Shown: positions 27,794 to 37,844 of the stretch, one piece after another | How positions within the stretch are numbered: the first letter of the stretch is position 1 | Layout: every line of letters begins with the position of its first letter | NCBI GenBank assembly: GCA_934792465.1 | Contig: CAKVOK010000001.1 | Coordinates: forward strand, 37,144 to 101,143 | Length of the DNA stretch: 64,000 nucleotides | DNA from: an uncultured Clostridia bacterium | Lineage (GTDB): Bacteria; Bacillota; Clostridia; RUG12999 | Direction: 5' to 3' | Translations under genes and position numbers: made by a program | Notes under the pieces: generated by a model | The model's input: the letters and a program-made list of their open reading frames with translations, nothing else | Database searches by the model: none | What the model was told of the DNA's origin: nothing

Positions 27794-28648
27794 ATGAATA
27801 CAAAAACAAAAGGTATATTGTATGTAATAACGGCAGCATTCGGATTTTCGATGATGAGTGTTTTCGTACATCTTTCGGGTGATTTACCGCCGTTTCAAAA
27901 GGCGTTTTTCCGTAATTTGGCGGCATTTATCGTCGTGACGGTAATAATGGTAAAAAATAAGATAAGCCCGATGCCGAAAAAGGGGAGTATACCGTCGCTT
28001 TTTTGCCGTTCGTTATTCGGAACGATAGGGCTTGTCTGCAATTTTTATGCAATAGACCGTTTGGTGCTTGCGGACGCCAATATGTTAAATAAGCTGTCTC
28101 CGTTTTTTGCAATTATATTTTCTGTGTTTTTGCTGAATGAGAAACCTACGATTGTGCAGATTGTCGGAGTTCTTACGGCATTTGTCGGCAGTATGTTTAT
28201 AATCAAGCCGTCGGCAAGCGGATATGCCTCGTTTCCCGCACTTATAGGAGCGATAGGCGGACTCGGTGCCGGTGCGGCATATACATTTGTGCGCCGGCTT
28301 GGCAAAAACGGAGAAAACAGCTTTTTGATAATATTTTATTTTTCGGCATTTTCGTGCTTGGTGTGTCTGCCTTTTATGATACTGAATCCGGCGGCGATGA
28401 GCATGAAAAGCTTTGTATGCCTTGTATGTGCCGGAATAAGTGCGTGCATCGGGCAGTTCGGCATAACGAAAGCGTATATATGCGCACCGGCGAGAGAAAT
28501 ATCCGTGTACGATTATACGCAGGTGATTTTTGCCGCAATATTCGGGTATTTCATATTCAAGCAGATTCCGGACACATTGAGCGTATTGGGATATGTCCTG
28601 ATATGCGGAGCGGGAATTGCAATGTTTTTCTACAATAAAAAGAGATGA
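27794..28648 (+). CDS. DMT family transporter (EamA)
   Basis: Two EamA repeats, 10 TM. GAGGGA RBS. TTGAAT-17-TGTGATATACT promoter upstream. Confidence 0.75.
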   Translation: MNTKTKGILYVITAAFGFSMMSVFVHLSGDLPPFQKAFFRNLAAFIVVTVIMVKNKISPMPKKGSIPSLFCRSLFGTIGLVCNFYAIDRLVLADANMLNKLSPFFAIIFSVFLLNEKPTIVQIVGVLTAFVGSMFIIKPSASGYASFPALIGAIGGLGAGAAYTFVRRLGKNGENSFLIIFYFSAFSCLVCLPFMILNPAAMSMKSFVCLVCAGISACIGQFGITKAYICAPAREISVYDYTQVIFAAIFGYFIFKQIPDTLSVLGYVLICGAGIAMFFYNKKR

Positions 28649-28666
28649 AATTAAGGAGGAATATGT

Positions 28667-29350
28667 ATGATAAAATACAGTGATTATCAGATTAAGGACG
28701 GAGTTTTGGAAACTGACGAGGACATAATGTGGAGCATAACCTATAAATTCAATGCGGAAGACCGTGAATCGCCGAGAGTATTGCTGATAGGCGATTCGAT
28801 ATGCAATGCGTATCATGCGGCGGTGCGTGAACGGACGGGCACAAGGGTAAATATATCGTTTTGGGCAGGCTCCAAATGCATAACTCACAGAGATTATTTA
28901 AGGGAACTTGATTATATTCTCGACACGAATCCGTGCGAACTTATTCTCTTTAACAACGGATTGCACAGTCTTGGTACGGATACAAAAAACTGGGAAAAAG
29001 CATATAGGGCGGTTATGAAATATCTTGCAGATAAAATGCCCGACACAAAGCTTGCGGCAGTGTTGAGTACACCGCTTAAGGATGCGGAGCTTACGGAACG
29101 TTCAAAACGGCTTAATGAGATAGTAAAGAGAGTGTCTGCTGAAAATAATACACCGGTTTTGGATTTATTTACTCCGATGGATAAGCTTGACAGGAATACA
29201 TATTGGTCGGATTGTTATCATTTTAAAGCAGATGCAATAAATATGCAGGCAGATTTGATTTCGGAATATATTTTCGGTATGCTGCCGGACTGCAAAAAAG
29301 AAGTTGTGCAGAAATCAACGCTGACGGGACCGGACGGTTCGTTGAAATAA
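28667..29350 (+). CDS. SGNH/GDSL hydrolase family protein
   Basis: LLIGDSICNAYH block I and …DCYHF… C-terminal block. Confidence 0.7.
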   Translation: MIKYSDYQIKDGVLETDEDIMWSITYKFNAEDRESPRVLLIGDSICNAYHAAVRERTGTRVNISFWAGSKCITHRDYLRELDYILDTNPCELILFNNGLHSLGTDTKNWEKAYRAVMKYLADKMPDTKLAAVLSTPLKDAELTERSKRLNEIVKRVSAENNTPVLDLFTPMDKLDRNTYWSDCYHFKADAINMQADLISEYIFGMLPDCKKEVVQKSTLTGPDGSLK

Positions 29351-29384
29351 TACCGTAATTGTTTGACAGATATTACAAACGGGG

Positions 29385-29424
29385 CTGCTTAAAATGAAGA
29401 GCCCCGTTTATATTAAATGATATT
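29385..29424. terminator. Bidirectional terminator between convergent SGNH genes.
   Basis: AAACGGGGCT…AGCCCCGTTT stem with flanking A and T runs. Confidence 0.55.
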
Positions 29425-30020
29425 CAGTTCTTTTAATGCATTTTTAATGTATGCAGCCATTATTCCGTAGCCGACCTCGGAATAGTGCAATCCGTCGTTC
29501 GGCTGCATTACGGGTTCGTTTTCGTCTGTAAAGGCTTCGCAGCGGGCGAGGTCGATACACTTGAAACTGTTTTCTTCTGCGTAGCGGCGCACAAATTTCA
29601 CGGCTTTTTCGACCCGGTTTGCATATCCGCAGTTTGACATTTGCGGATTTACAGTGGCGTGCGGCGGTGTGCATAAGACTATAACGGCTTCCGGTGCATC
29701 GGATTTTATAAGCTGAATAAGGACGTCATAATCATCATTTCCGGCTACATGAACTTGGTCGTCGAGTCCGCCGTTTGTACCGAGCATAACTATTACCAAG
29801 TCGGCACCGTCAGTGCAAACATTGCCGCCCTTGTAATATTCAAGATATGATGTAGCCGTGAAACCGCATTTTCCGCAGTTTATAACTTCCGTATTAAGCA
29901 GCTTTTTCAAGTAGTACGGATAGCTTTTTTCCTGTACGTTTGCGATGCCGCTTTTGCCGAATACGCCGTAATCGCCCTCGGTCAGGCTGTCGCCTATACA
30001 TATGATTTTCTTTATCAAGG
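29413..30020 (-). CDS. GDSL-type esterase/lipase (SGNH hydrolase)
   Basis: IICIGDSLTEGD block I. TTG start at 30020 with GGGAGG RBS. Confidence 0.7.
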
Positions 30021-30046
30021 TAATACCTCCCAAATGTTTTTAATGT

Positions 30047-30232
30047 CTAATTTTGTTTGCGGACTATTGTATATTCGTCGCCGAATCTGAAGAACGGGCA
30101 TGAGGAATAATGCAGAAAGCGTTCCGCATCGTCTTGGTCAATGCACATGATACAGCTGTAGCAGTCGTATTCCTCGTCATATTCATAATACATACATTCG
30201 TTGCAGTCGGTCTGCATTCTTTTCTTTTTCAT
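30047..30232 (-). CDS. Cysteine-rich acidic mini-protein (61 aa, 8 Cys), hypothetical
   Basis: MKKKRMQTDCNECMYYEYDEEYDCYSCIMCIDQDDAERFLHYSSCPFF… with CxxC-like pairs suggesting a zinc-ribbon-type fold. Confidence 0.3.
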   Translation of the reverse strand: MKKKRMQTDCNECMYYEYDEEYDCYSCIMCIDQDDAERFLHYSSCPFFRFGDEYTIVRKQN

Positions 30233-30380
30233 GATAATCTCCGTAAAATGTAATAAATTTCTGCATATATTATACTACATAAACATGATAATGTCAAGTG
30301 AGAGCCTGGAATTATCAAAATACAGAAACACCTCCGGCTATTAATAAAACCGAGGTGCTTAGAATAAATATAAATTATTT

Positions 30381-31217
30381 CTATCTGTAAATATAAAATC
30401 CGTTTCCGACTATCTGCTGAGATTCGGAAAAAATTATAAATGCGTGTTCATCGATTTCAAGCACGCTTTTTTGAAAAGCGGTGATTTCTTTTGTCTTTAT
30501 CGCGCATACGAGCATATATTGCTTGGTTTTGGTGTATGCGCCTGTTCCCTCAAGTATAGTAACGCCTCTCGGAGAAGTATTTATCAGCATTTCGGCAATG
30601 TGCGCTCCCTCCGGAGATATTACAAAAGCTATTTTCGAAAGATTCATTTTCCGCATCAGAAAATCTACGGAATATGTAGATATGGCGAGTGCCATTATAC
30701 CGTACATGGCAAGCTCGGCATTTTTGAATATCAGAAACGACACAAGTATTATGCAGCCGTCAATGATAAGCAGTAAATTTCCTATAGACATATGCGGGAA
30801 TTTATATTGTACAATTCTTCCGAGAATATCCGTGCCTCCCGTGCTTGCACCGGACATAAATGCAAGTGCCAGACCCGTACCGTACAAGAGTCCGCCGAAA
30901 ATCACGGCGAGAAGCTCATTGTGCGTTACTGCACCGAAATGTGAGAAAATCTCAACAAATATACTCAGCATTGCTGCACCGAACAACGAGTTTATTACAA
31001 GCTCTTTTCCCATAATTACAAGGCATAGGGCAAACAGAAGCAGGTTCAATGCGGCATAGCTTATTCCGACGGGAATATGCATGGTATGATAAAGAATGGT
31101 TGATATACCGGAAACGCCGCCGTTTACAATCTTGTTCGGAAGATAAAAAAGCGACAATCCAATGGCGGTAAGCATATTGCCGAATGCTATCACAGAATAT
31201 TTTTTCAAGTTATGCAC
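30381..31217 (-). CDS. YitT-family membrane protein (DUF161/DUF2179)
   Basis: N-terminal …NMLTAIGLSLFYLPNKIVNGGVSGISTIL… signature of YitT proteins. Confidence 0.8.
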   Translation of the reverse strand: MHNLKKYSVIAFGNMLTAIGLSLFYLPNKIVNGGVSGISTILYHTMHIPVGISYAALNLLLFALCLVIMGKELVINSLFGAAMLSIFVEIFSHFGAVTHNELLAVIFGGLLYGTGLALAFMSGASTGGTDILGRIVQYKFPHMSIGNLLLIIDGCIILVSFLIFKNAELAMYGIMALAISTYSVDFLMRKMNLSKIAFVISPEGAHIAEMLINTSPRGVTILEGTGAYTKTKQYMLVCAIKTKEITAFQKSVLEIDEHAFIIFSESQQIVGNGFYIYR

Positions 31218-32049
31218 GGCAATCTCCGCCTTTCTTCAATCTGTTTTTTACAAAAGCGGAAAGCGCAGGCACGAGAAAGGTTATTGTAAAGCCGACAAAT
31301 ACATAGGAAATGCGTTTTCCGAGAAAGCCGGAGATATATTTCACGGCAAACAGAGCAATCATTCCCATAATATAGCGCCCGATTTTTGCCTTGCAGCTGC
31401 CGGACACATCGAATCGGATAAAGCGTTCTTCAAGCAGCAGACCTGTTATGCAGCCGGCAAATAAAAAAGTTATGCTTGTCAAATCCTTATCTTTTATAAA
31501 AATAAGAATAATTGTATTAATTATAAAAAGAATAATCGCAGCCGCAGTCTTATGCTCTTCGTGGTTGAAAAGAATATTGCTTATAAATATAACCGCCGTG
31601 CCGAGAATATATCCCACAGCAATATCAAGCGGAGTATGTACCCCGAGATACATTCTCGAAATGCCGGTTAATATTATAAGAAGTATTCCGATAATGTAGA
31701 TAGCTTTTTTGCGTATATTTATCATACCGAGTCCGGCAAAGGTAGTCGAAAGCTGTGCGTGTCCGCTCGGAAACGAATATCCGTAGCCGGTGGAGGTGTC
31801 TATTTGCCGTACCGCCGAATATGTATACGGACGGGGTACGGCAAAAATATTTTTAAGGACGGTATTCAGTGAAAAACTGAATACAAGTGTTATCGCAGCG
31901 ATGATTCCTTTGTTTTTATTCACACACCAGTATATTGCGCAAACAACGGCGATATATACGATTTCGCCCGTCAGCGAAGATATGAACAAAAATATATTGT
32001 CAAGGAGCGGTGTGGAAAAACTCTGTAAAAATAATAAGAAATCAGTCAT
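31210..32049 (-). CDS. PAP2-superfamily phosphatase (membrane)
   Basis: PAP2 motifs KNIFAVPRP / SFPSGH / SRMYLGVHTPLD. Confidence 0.75.
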   Translation of the reverse strand: MTDFLLFLQSFSTPLLDNIFLFISSLTGEIVYIAVVCAIYWCVNKNKGIIAAITLVFSFSLNTVLKNIFAVPRPYTYSAVRQIDTSTGYGYSFPSGHAQLSTTFAGLGMINIRKKAIYIIGILLIILTGISRMYLGVHTPLDIAVGYILGTAVIFISNILFNHEEHKTAAAIILFIINTIILIFIKDKDLTSITFLFAGCITGLLLEERFIRFDVSGSCKAKIGRYIMGMIALFAVKYISGFLGKRISYVFVGFTITFLVPALSAFVKNRLKKGGDCRA

Positions 32050-32051
32050 TT

Positions 32052-32996
32052 TTATTTTCTTTTCAATACGTCATGCGCTTTTTTTGCAATGTTTTCGGCT
32101 GTAAGACCGTATTCTTCGAGAAGCTTTGCGGGAACACCCGATTTTCCGAATTTATCTTCAATACCCACCATTTCGATAGGCGCAGGCGCGTTTTTGCAAA
32201 CAACCTCCGCAACGGCACTTCCGAGACCGCCGATGATGTTATGTTCTTCCGCCGTAACTATAGCACCGGTTTTCTTAATGCTGTCTATTATCAGTTCTTT
32301 GTCGATAGGCTTGATTGTATGCATATTTACAATCCTTGCGGAAATTCCCTCGGACTGCAAAATTTCATGAGCCTTTAAAGCTTCGGGAACCATAAGACCG
32401 TTAGCTATTATTGTAACGTCCGTACCGTCTTTTAATACAACGCCTTTTCCCCATTCGAATTTGTATGTTGTTTCATCATTGATTACAGGCACAGCAAGAC
32501 GTCCGAATCTCAGATATACCGGACCGTTGTGCAGGATAGCCGCTTCGACAGCCGCTTCAGCTTCAACGGCATCTGCAGGGCTTATAACCGACATGCCGGG
32601 AATAGCACGCATTATAGCAATATCTTCGACTGCCTGGTGAGTAGCACCGTCCTCGCCAACGGAAATGCCGGCATGAGTAGCACCTATTTTTACATTTAAG
32701 TTTGGATAGCAGATTGAGTTTCTGACCTGTTCAAAAGCTCGTCCTGCCGCAAACATTGCAAAAGAGCTTGCAAATACGGTCTTTCCGCACGCTGCAAGAC
32801 CTGCCGCCGTGGACATCATGCTCGCCTCCGCAATACCGCAGTTGATAAATCTTTCCGGAAATGTTTTTTTGAATGTATCTGTCTTTGTTGATTTTGAAAG
32901 GTCGGCGTCAAGAACAACTATATCGTATTTTGCGCCGAATTTTGCGAGAGCTTTTCCGTATGCCTCTCGTGTAGCGATTTTTTTTATTTCAGCCAT
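32052..32996 (-). CDS. Transketolase, C-terminal (pyrimidine-binding) subunit
   Basis: Split-transketolase C-subunit pattern. GGAGA RBS before the ATG at 32996 (MAEIKKIA…). Confidence 0.9.
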   Translation of the reverse strand: MAEIKKIATREAYGKALAKFGAKYDIVVLDADLSKSTKTDTFKKTFPERFINCGIAEASMMSTAAGLAACGKTVFASSFAMFAAGRAFEQVRNSICYPNLNVKIGATHAGISVGEDGATHQAVEDIAIMRAIPGMSVISPADAVEAEAAVEAAILHNGPVYLRFGRLAVPVINDETTYKFEWGKGVVLKDGTDVTIIANGLMVPEALKAHEILQSEGISARIVNMHTIKPIDKELIIDSIKKTGAIVTAEEHNIIGGLGSAVAEVVCKNAPAPIEMVGIEDKFGKSGVPAKLLEEYGLTAENIAKKAHDVLKRK

Positions 32997-33087
32997 ATGA
33001 ATAATCTCCGTTCCGCCGCTCTGCACGGCAAATTTTGTATTCGGTTATACTTATCCGCAGAGTGAAAAGGATAAGTATATGTTTGTA

Positions 33088-33921
33088 TTATTTAAAGCTT
33101 GCAATTTTTTCGTCAATCTCGTGTATCGCAGCTTCGTATTGTTCCGTGTTCGGAGCGGAACCGTGCCATGCGGCGTTGTTTTCCATGAAAGATACGCCTT
33201 TTCCCTTTGTGCTTTGAGCGATGATAACAGTAGGCTTGCCTTTGACGGTTTTTGCGGTGTCAACGGCTTCAATGAGCTTTTTAACGTCATGAGCGTCCGT
33301 CACTATAACGTTCCAGCCGAAAGCGGCAAATTTTGCGTCTACCGGAGTGGGGTTCATGACCTTGCGTACATCGCCGTCAATCTGCAAAAGGTTGAGGTCG
33401 ACGAATGCAGTCAGATTGTCAAGCTTGTAATGAGCGGCAAACATGGCAGCCTCCCAAACCTGACCCTCTTCGAGTTCGCCGTCGCCGAGAACGGTATATA
33501 CTCTGTAGTCTTTATTATCCAGCTTTGCGGCGAGCGCCATTCCGTTTGCCGCACATATTCCCTGACCGAGTGAGCCTGTTGACATATCAACGCCGGGAAT
33601 ATGCTTCATATCGGGGTGACCCTGCAAATAGCTGTCTATTTTTCTGAAAGTTTTTATATCTTCAACCGGGAAATATCCTCTCTCGGCAAGCGCACCGTAG
33701 AGAGCGGGCGCACAATGACCTTTTGAAAGCACGAATCTGTCACGATTCGGGTCTTTCGGATTTTTTGGGTCGATATTCATTTCGTGAAAGTATAAAACAG
33801 AAAGAATTTCTGCTATTGAAAGTGAGCCGCCGGGGTGACCTGATTGCGCACTGTACACGGCTTCAAGCACGTGGCGGCGGATTTTGTAAGCGGTAAGCTC
33901 TAAAGCTGTTTCTTTGTCCAT
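33088..33921 (-). CDS. Transketolase, N-terminal (TPP-binding) subunit
   Basis: …SGHPGGSLSIAEIL… TPP-binding signature, 277 aa. Confidence 0.9.
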   Translation of the reverse strand: MDKETALELTAYKIRRHVLEAVYSAQSGHPGGSLSIAEILSVLYFHEMNIDPKNPKDPNRDRFVLSKGHCAPALYGALAERGYFPVEDIKTFRKIDSYLQGHPDMKHIPGVDMSTGSLGQGICAANGMALAAKLDNKDYRVYTVLGDGELEEGQVWEAAMFAAHYKLDNLTAFVDLNLLQIDGDVRKVMNPTPVDAKFAAFGWNVIVTDAHDVKKLIEAVDTAKTVKGKPTVIIAQSTKGKGVSFMENNAAWHGSAPNTEQYEAAIHEIDEKIASFK

Positions 33922-34071
33922 ATTTCTTATCCCTCTTCATGTTTTATTATATTTTTATGCATTATTCAAAATGACGCATTTCAATACCCTTATATTATAC
34001 CATAAATATATTAACATTTCAAGCATTTTTTTCTGCACTATTCCAATATTTCGGTAAGAAAATACAATGTT

Positions 34072-34617
34072 TCAGATGACGTCTTTTTCGGATATAATGT
34101 TTCCGTCCAAATCTTTAAGATACAATTCCCCGTTTTCATAAATTCCGTAGCTTGCTTTTCCGTCTTTCGGAATGGAAACGCTGCCGGGATTCATTATATA
34201 AATATTATTCGATTTATCAAGTACCTTTACATGAGTATGTCCGTATAGGAATATGCTCCCGTCCGCAAGCGGCGGCAGGTTTTCGGGATTGAAGATATGT
34301 CCGTGAGTCATATAGATACATCTGCCGGTTTCGGTCATGACAACGGCATAGTCGGACATACAAGGGAAGTCAAGCACCATGCTGTCGACCTCCGCTTCAC
34401 AGTTTCCTCTGACCGCAATTATATCGTTTTTTATCGAATTAAGCAGTTCGATAACCTTTTTCGGTGCATATCCGTCCGGCAAATCATTTCTCGGTCCGTG
34501 ATACAGAATATCGCCGAGAATCAAGAGTTTATCAGCCTTTTCCGCCTTGAATCTTTCGCAAATTACCGAGGCGTATTTGTAGCTGCCATGGATATCCGAA
34601 GCTATAAAGTATTTCAT
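34072..34617 (-). CDS. YfcE/MJ0936-family metallophosphoesterase (phosphodiesterase)
   Basis: MKYFIASDIHGS…LGDILYHGPRN…GNCE metallophosphatase motifs. Confidence 0.85.
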   Translation of the reverse strand: MKYFIASDIHGSYKYASVICERFKAEKADKLLILGDILYHGPRNDLPDGYAPKKVIELLNSIKNDIIAVRGNCEAEVDSMVLDFPCMSDYAVVMTETGRCIYMTHGHIFNPENLPPLADGSIFLYGHTHVKVLDKSNNIYIMNPGSVSIPKDGKASYGIYENGELYLKDLDGNIISEKDVI

Positions 34618-34646
34618 AATTTGAACTCCTTTTTTATAAGCAATAT

Positions 34647-34688
34647 TAAAAAATCTCTTATCATATTATAAGGATAAGAGATTTTTTG
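34647..34688. terminator. Bidirectional intrinsic terminator
   Basis: AATCTCTTATC…GATAAGAGATT perfect stem flanked by A5 and T6 runs. Confidence 0.6.
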
Positions 34689-34704
34689 TGTTATATAATT
34701 AAAT

Positions 34705-35109
34705 TTATTTAAGCTTAGCTATTTCCTCAATGCAGCTCATGCAGATGTTCTTTCCTTTGAAACTTCTGACATCTTTGAAATTTCCGCAAAAAGTACACGC
34801 CGGCTCATATTTTTTCAATAAAATAGCACCGTCATCGATGAAAATTTCGAGTGCATCTCTTTCTTCAACAATATTGAGCATTCTGCGAAGCTCAATCGGA
34901 AGCACGACTCTGCCAAGCTGGTCTACACGCCTTACAATGCCTGCGGCGGCAACGTTACCGTCAAATTTCTTGAAAACAATCATTCCGTCCTCAAGATAAA
35001 TCTCCATTGAATCGACAACTTCAACTATGTTTAAATTTTTACGTATCTCTTTAGGTACTACGATTCTGCCTAATTGATCAACTCTTCTTACTATTCCTGT
35101 GGATTTCAT
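34705..35109 (-). CDS. AbrB/MazE/SpoVT-type regulator with two tandem swapped-hairpin domains and a C-terminal CxxC…CxxC zinc-ribbon
   Basis: GIVRRVDQLGRIVVPKEIRKNLNI and GIVRRVDQLGRVVLPIELRRMLNI repeats, then …CTFCGNFKDVRSFKGKNICMSC…. GGGAGGT RBS before the ATG at 35109. Confidence 0.6.
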   Translation of the reverse strand: MKSTGIVRRVDQLGRIVVPKEIRKNLNIVEVVDSMEIYLEDGMIVFKKFDGNVAAAGIVRRVDQLGRVVLPIELRRMLNIVEERDALEIFIDDGAILLKKYEPACTFCGNFKDVRSFKGKNICMSCIEEIAKLK

Positions 35110-35254
35110 TAAATTACCTCCCAAGTTAAAATAGCAGCAAACTATTACATTATTATTATAACATAATTTTCAAATAACGTCAATAGTTTTATTTGAAACT
35201 TTTAACAAAATTTTAGCGAAAATTTTAAAAAAATTAAGGCACATATTCCAAAAA

Positions 35255-36001
35255 TTACATTTTAAAGAGAAAATCTAACATTTTCGGGATATATTTGTCC
35301 CAGAAATCCCATGTATGCGCACCGTGACTCTCTTCATATTTGTAGCAATCCCAAATCGGTTCGACCGAATTCTTGAAAGCGAGATTATTTTGGTATAAGA
35401 AATCTTCGCAGCCGACAACCTGATATATTGCCGGTTTGCTTTTCCCTGAAGCCGCAAGCTTCTTTGCAAGGTAAATTACATTTTCTTCGCTTTCCGACAA
35501 ATCCTTTACATTACCCATTATAAGATAAAGTAAAGCCTTGTTCATAGGAGCGTCGGATTGCGCTATGCTTTCTATATCCAGGCAGCCCGAAAGCGAAGTT
35601 GCCGCACAGAATATATCGGGATTTTTCAATGCGATTTTAACGGCACCGTATCCGCCCATGGAAGCGCCGGCGATGAATGTATCGCTGCGATTCGTGCTGA
35701 GCGGAAATATTTTTCTTGTGTATTCAATGATTTCGTGAGATATATGTGTGTAATACCGTCCGCCGAATTTCATATCGGTATAAAAGCTGTTGTCTGCGCT
35801 CGGCATAACCACAGCAAGATTATAGTTTTTTACGTATTGCTCTATACAGGTGTTGCGAATCCATGCGCTGTAATCTCCGTACAATCCGTGCAGGAGATAA
35901 AGCGTTTTGAAAGGAGGTTCGCTGTTATCCGGCAGAATAACGTTTACATTAGTATTCTGCATTAAAACCTTTGACCTGAAATTAATCTGTATAAATGCCA
36001 T
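35255..36001 (-). CDS. Alpha/beta-hydrolase esterase (putative esterase family)
   Basis: GASMGGYGAVK nucleophile-elbow region, 248 aa. Confidence 0.7.
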   Translation of the reverse strand: MAFIQINFRSKVLMQNTNVNVILPDNSEPPFKTLYLLHGLYGDYSAWIRNTCIEQYVKNYNLAVVMPSADNSFYTDMKFGGRYYTHISHEIIEYTRKIFPLSTNRSDTFIAGASMGGYGAVKIALKNPDIFCAATSLSGCLDIESIAQSDAPMNKALLYLIMGNVKDLSESEENVIYLAKKLAASGKSKPAIYQVVGCEDFLYQNNLAFKNSVEPIWDCYKYEESHGAHTWDFWDKYIPKMLDFLFKM

Positions 36002-36033
36002 ATGCCATGTCCTTTCCTGTTATTTTACGTAAA

Positions 36034-37173
36034 TTATTTTTCGGTTGTCTTGTCGTAATGCTTGTTAAAAAATGCTTTGAGTATCGCAAATATCAGAGCA
36101 AATGCGGGAACCCCCACAATCATACCCGCAACGCCGAACAGACCGCCGCCGAGTACAATTGAGAAGATAACCCAGAATGCGGATATTCCCGTGGAGTTGC
36201 TTAATATTTTCGGGTTGATGAAGTTTCCGTCAATCTGCTGCAGCACAATCGCCAGTATCAAAAACCAAAGCGATGTAATCGGGGCGGCAATGAAAATAAA
36301 TACGGTGCCTATCACAGAACCCAGGATTGCGCCGAAATACGGTATAATGTTCGTAACACCGAAAACGAAGCTTACAAGTGCTACATAAGGCATTTTGAAT
36401 ATCTTCATGCATATCGCACACAAGATACCCATTATGAGGGAATCAAGCAGTTTACCCATGAAAAAGCCCTTAAAAATACCGTTCGCAACAGTGAAAGTAT
36501 TTATTATTTTGGTTGCTGTTTTGCGTTTAAAGCATACATAAAGAAGTTTTTTTATCTGCCGCAGAAAAACTTCTTTGTCGCCGAGCATATATATTGATAT
36601 TATAAACCCGAACAAGATGTTGTACAAAAACATGGTAACGTTTTTGACACCGCCCCATATCCCGACTATAGAATCCTTGGAATATGACAAAATCTTGTTG
36701 CCCATGTTGGCGGCAAAATTCTCAAATTTCATGAACCATTCGTCGGATATGGAAATATTTTTAGCATACTCTTCGAGTTTGGACAGTGCCGCAGGCGTCC
36801 AGACGGTCAGTTTATATGCTATTGAAATAATACTGTCTTTTATCTGCGGAGAAATTACCCATATAAACAGCGCAAGAAATGCAAATGTCATCAGATATGT
36901 AACCGTAAGTGCCGTTACTCGCCGTATGTGCAGATTTGTTCGCTTTTTAAACAGTTTATCATAAAGCTTTTCACAAAGATTGAGCAGAGGGTTAAGTATA
37001 TAGGCAATGCAAAAGGCATATACAAACGGCATAAGAAGCCCGAAAATCTTGCCGACCCAACCCAATATCGATGAAAAGTTTTCTGTAATAAAATAGAACA
37101 GTATACCGGCGGCAACCACAAGAAATGCGTATACCGCTTTGGTAGTATCGTCCTTATTAAAATTGAGTTTCAA
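36034..37173 (-). CDS. AI-2E family transporter (PerM-like permease)
   Basis: 379 aa, 8 TM, AI-2E family pattern. Confidence 0.75.
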   Translation of the reverse strand: MKLNFNKDDTTKAVYAFLVVAAGILFYFITENFSSILGWVGKIFGLLMPFVYAFCIAYILNPLLNLCEKLYDKLFKKRTNLHIRRVTALTVTYLMTFAFLALFIWVISPQIKDSIISIAYKLTVWTPAALSKLEEYAKNISISDEWFMKFENFAANMGNKILSYSKDSIVGIWGGVKNVTMFLYNILFGFIISIYMLGDKEVFLRQIKKLLYVCFKRKTATKIINTFTVANGIFKGFFMGKLLDSLIMGILCAICMKIFKMPYVALVSFVFGVTNIIPYFGAILGSVIGTVFIFIAAPITSLWFLILAIVLQQIDGNFINPKILSNSTGISAFWVIFSIVLGGGLFGVAGMIVGVPAFALIFAILKAFFNKHYDKTTEK

Positions 37174-37194
37174 TATTCGTCACTCCTTGTCATA

Positions 37195-37803
37195 TCAGCA
37201 GCACGGAATCAAATCTCCGCCCATGCATTCGCAGCAGCAATCCGCACAAATAAGCGAATTGCAGCAGTTGCAGCATTGCGCCGCATCTGCCGAAGGGTTT
37301 CCTGCACCTCGGTATCCGGAAGCTTGCTGCTGCATACGCATATATGCAGCTTTGTATTCTTCGTTTGTCGGTTCTTTGTTTACGGCTGTTTTGAAGCTGT
37401 AAAAAGCTTCGTTGTACATTCCTTTTCGAAGCGAAACCAGACCGTTCAGATAAAACCATTCGGAGTCTTTCGTCTTATATGACTGCAAACGCTGAGCTGC
37501 GGAATTTATATCTCCGTTGTTTATCAATTCTCTTATTTCTCTGTATTCCGGATTTGTATTTACATATGAATATGTTCCTGCCGAACCCGTATTTGCCTGA
37601 GAATTGTTTTTTGCCGCCGCACGGCTTTTTATAATCTCGTCATAAGCGTTTTCGATTTCTTTTCTCTTTTTTGCGGCAAGTTCGCTCAAGGGGCCGTCGG
37701 CATATTTATCCTCGCTGTATTTTTCGGCAAGTGCTTTAAATGCGGCATTTATTTCCTCCATTGATGCGTCATGCTTAACTCCTAAAATATTATATGCGTC
37801 CAT
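37195..37803 (-). CDS. J-domain-like protein lacking the HPD motif, with a TPR-like middle region and an extremely Cys-rich C-terminal tail
   Basis: MDAYNILGVKHDASMEEINAAFKALAEKYSEDKY (SED where HPD would be). C-terminus CCNCCNSLICADCCCECMGGDLIPCC. GGAGA RBS before the ATG at 37803. Confidence 0.5.
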   Translation of the reverse strand: MDAYNILGVKHDASMEEINAAFKALAEKYSEDKYADGPLSELAAKKRKEIENAYDEIIKSRAAAKNNSQANTGSAGTYSYVNTNPEYREIRELINNGDINSAAQRLQSYKTKDSEWFYLNGLVSLRKGMYNEAFYSFKTAVNKEPTNEEYKAAYMRMQQQASGYRGAGNPSADAAQCCNCCNSLICADCCCECMGGDLIPCC

Positions 37804-37844
37804 AGCAAAAATCTCCATTCCGTCTGCCCGTAAAGGCAAGACTT

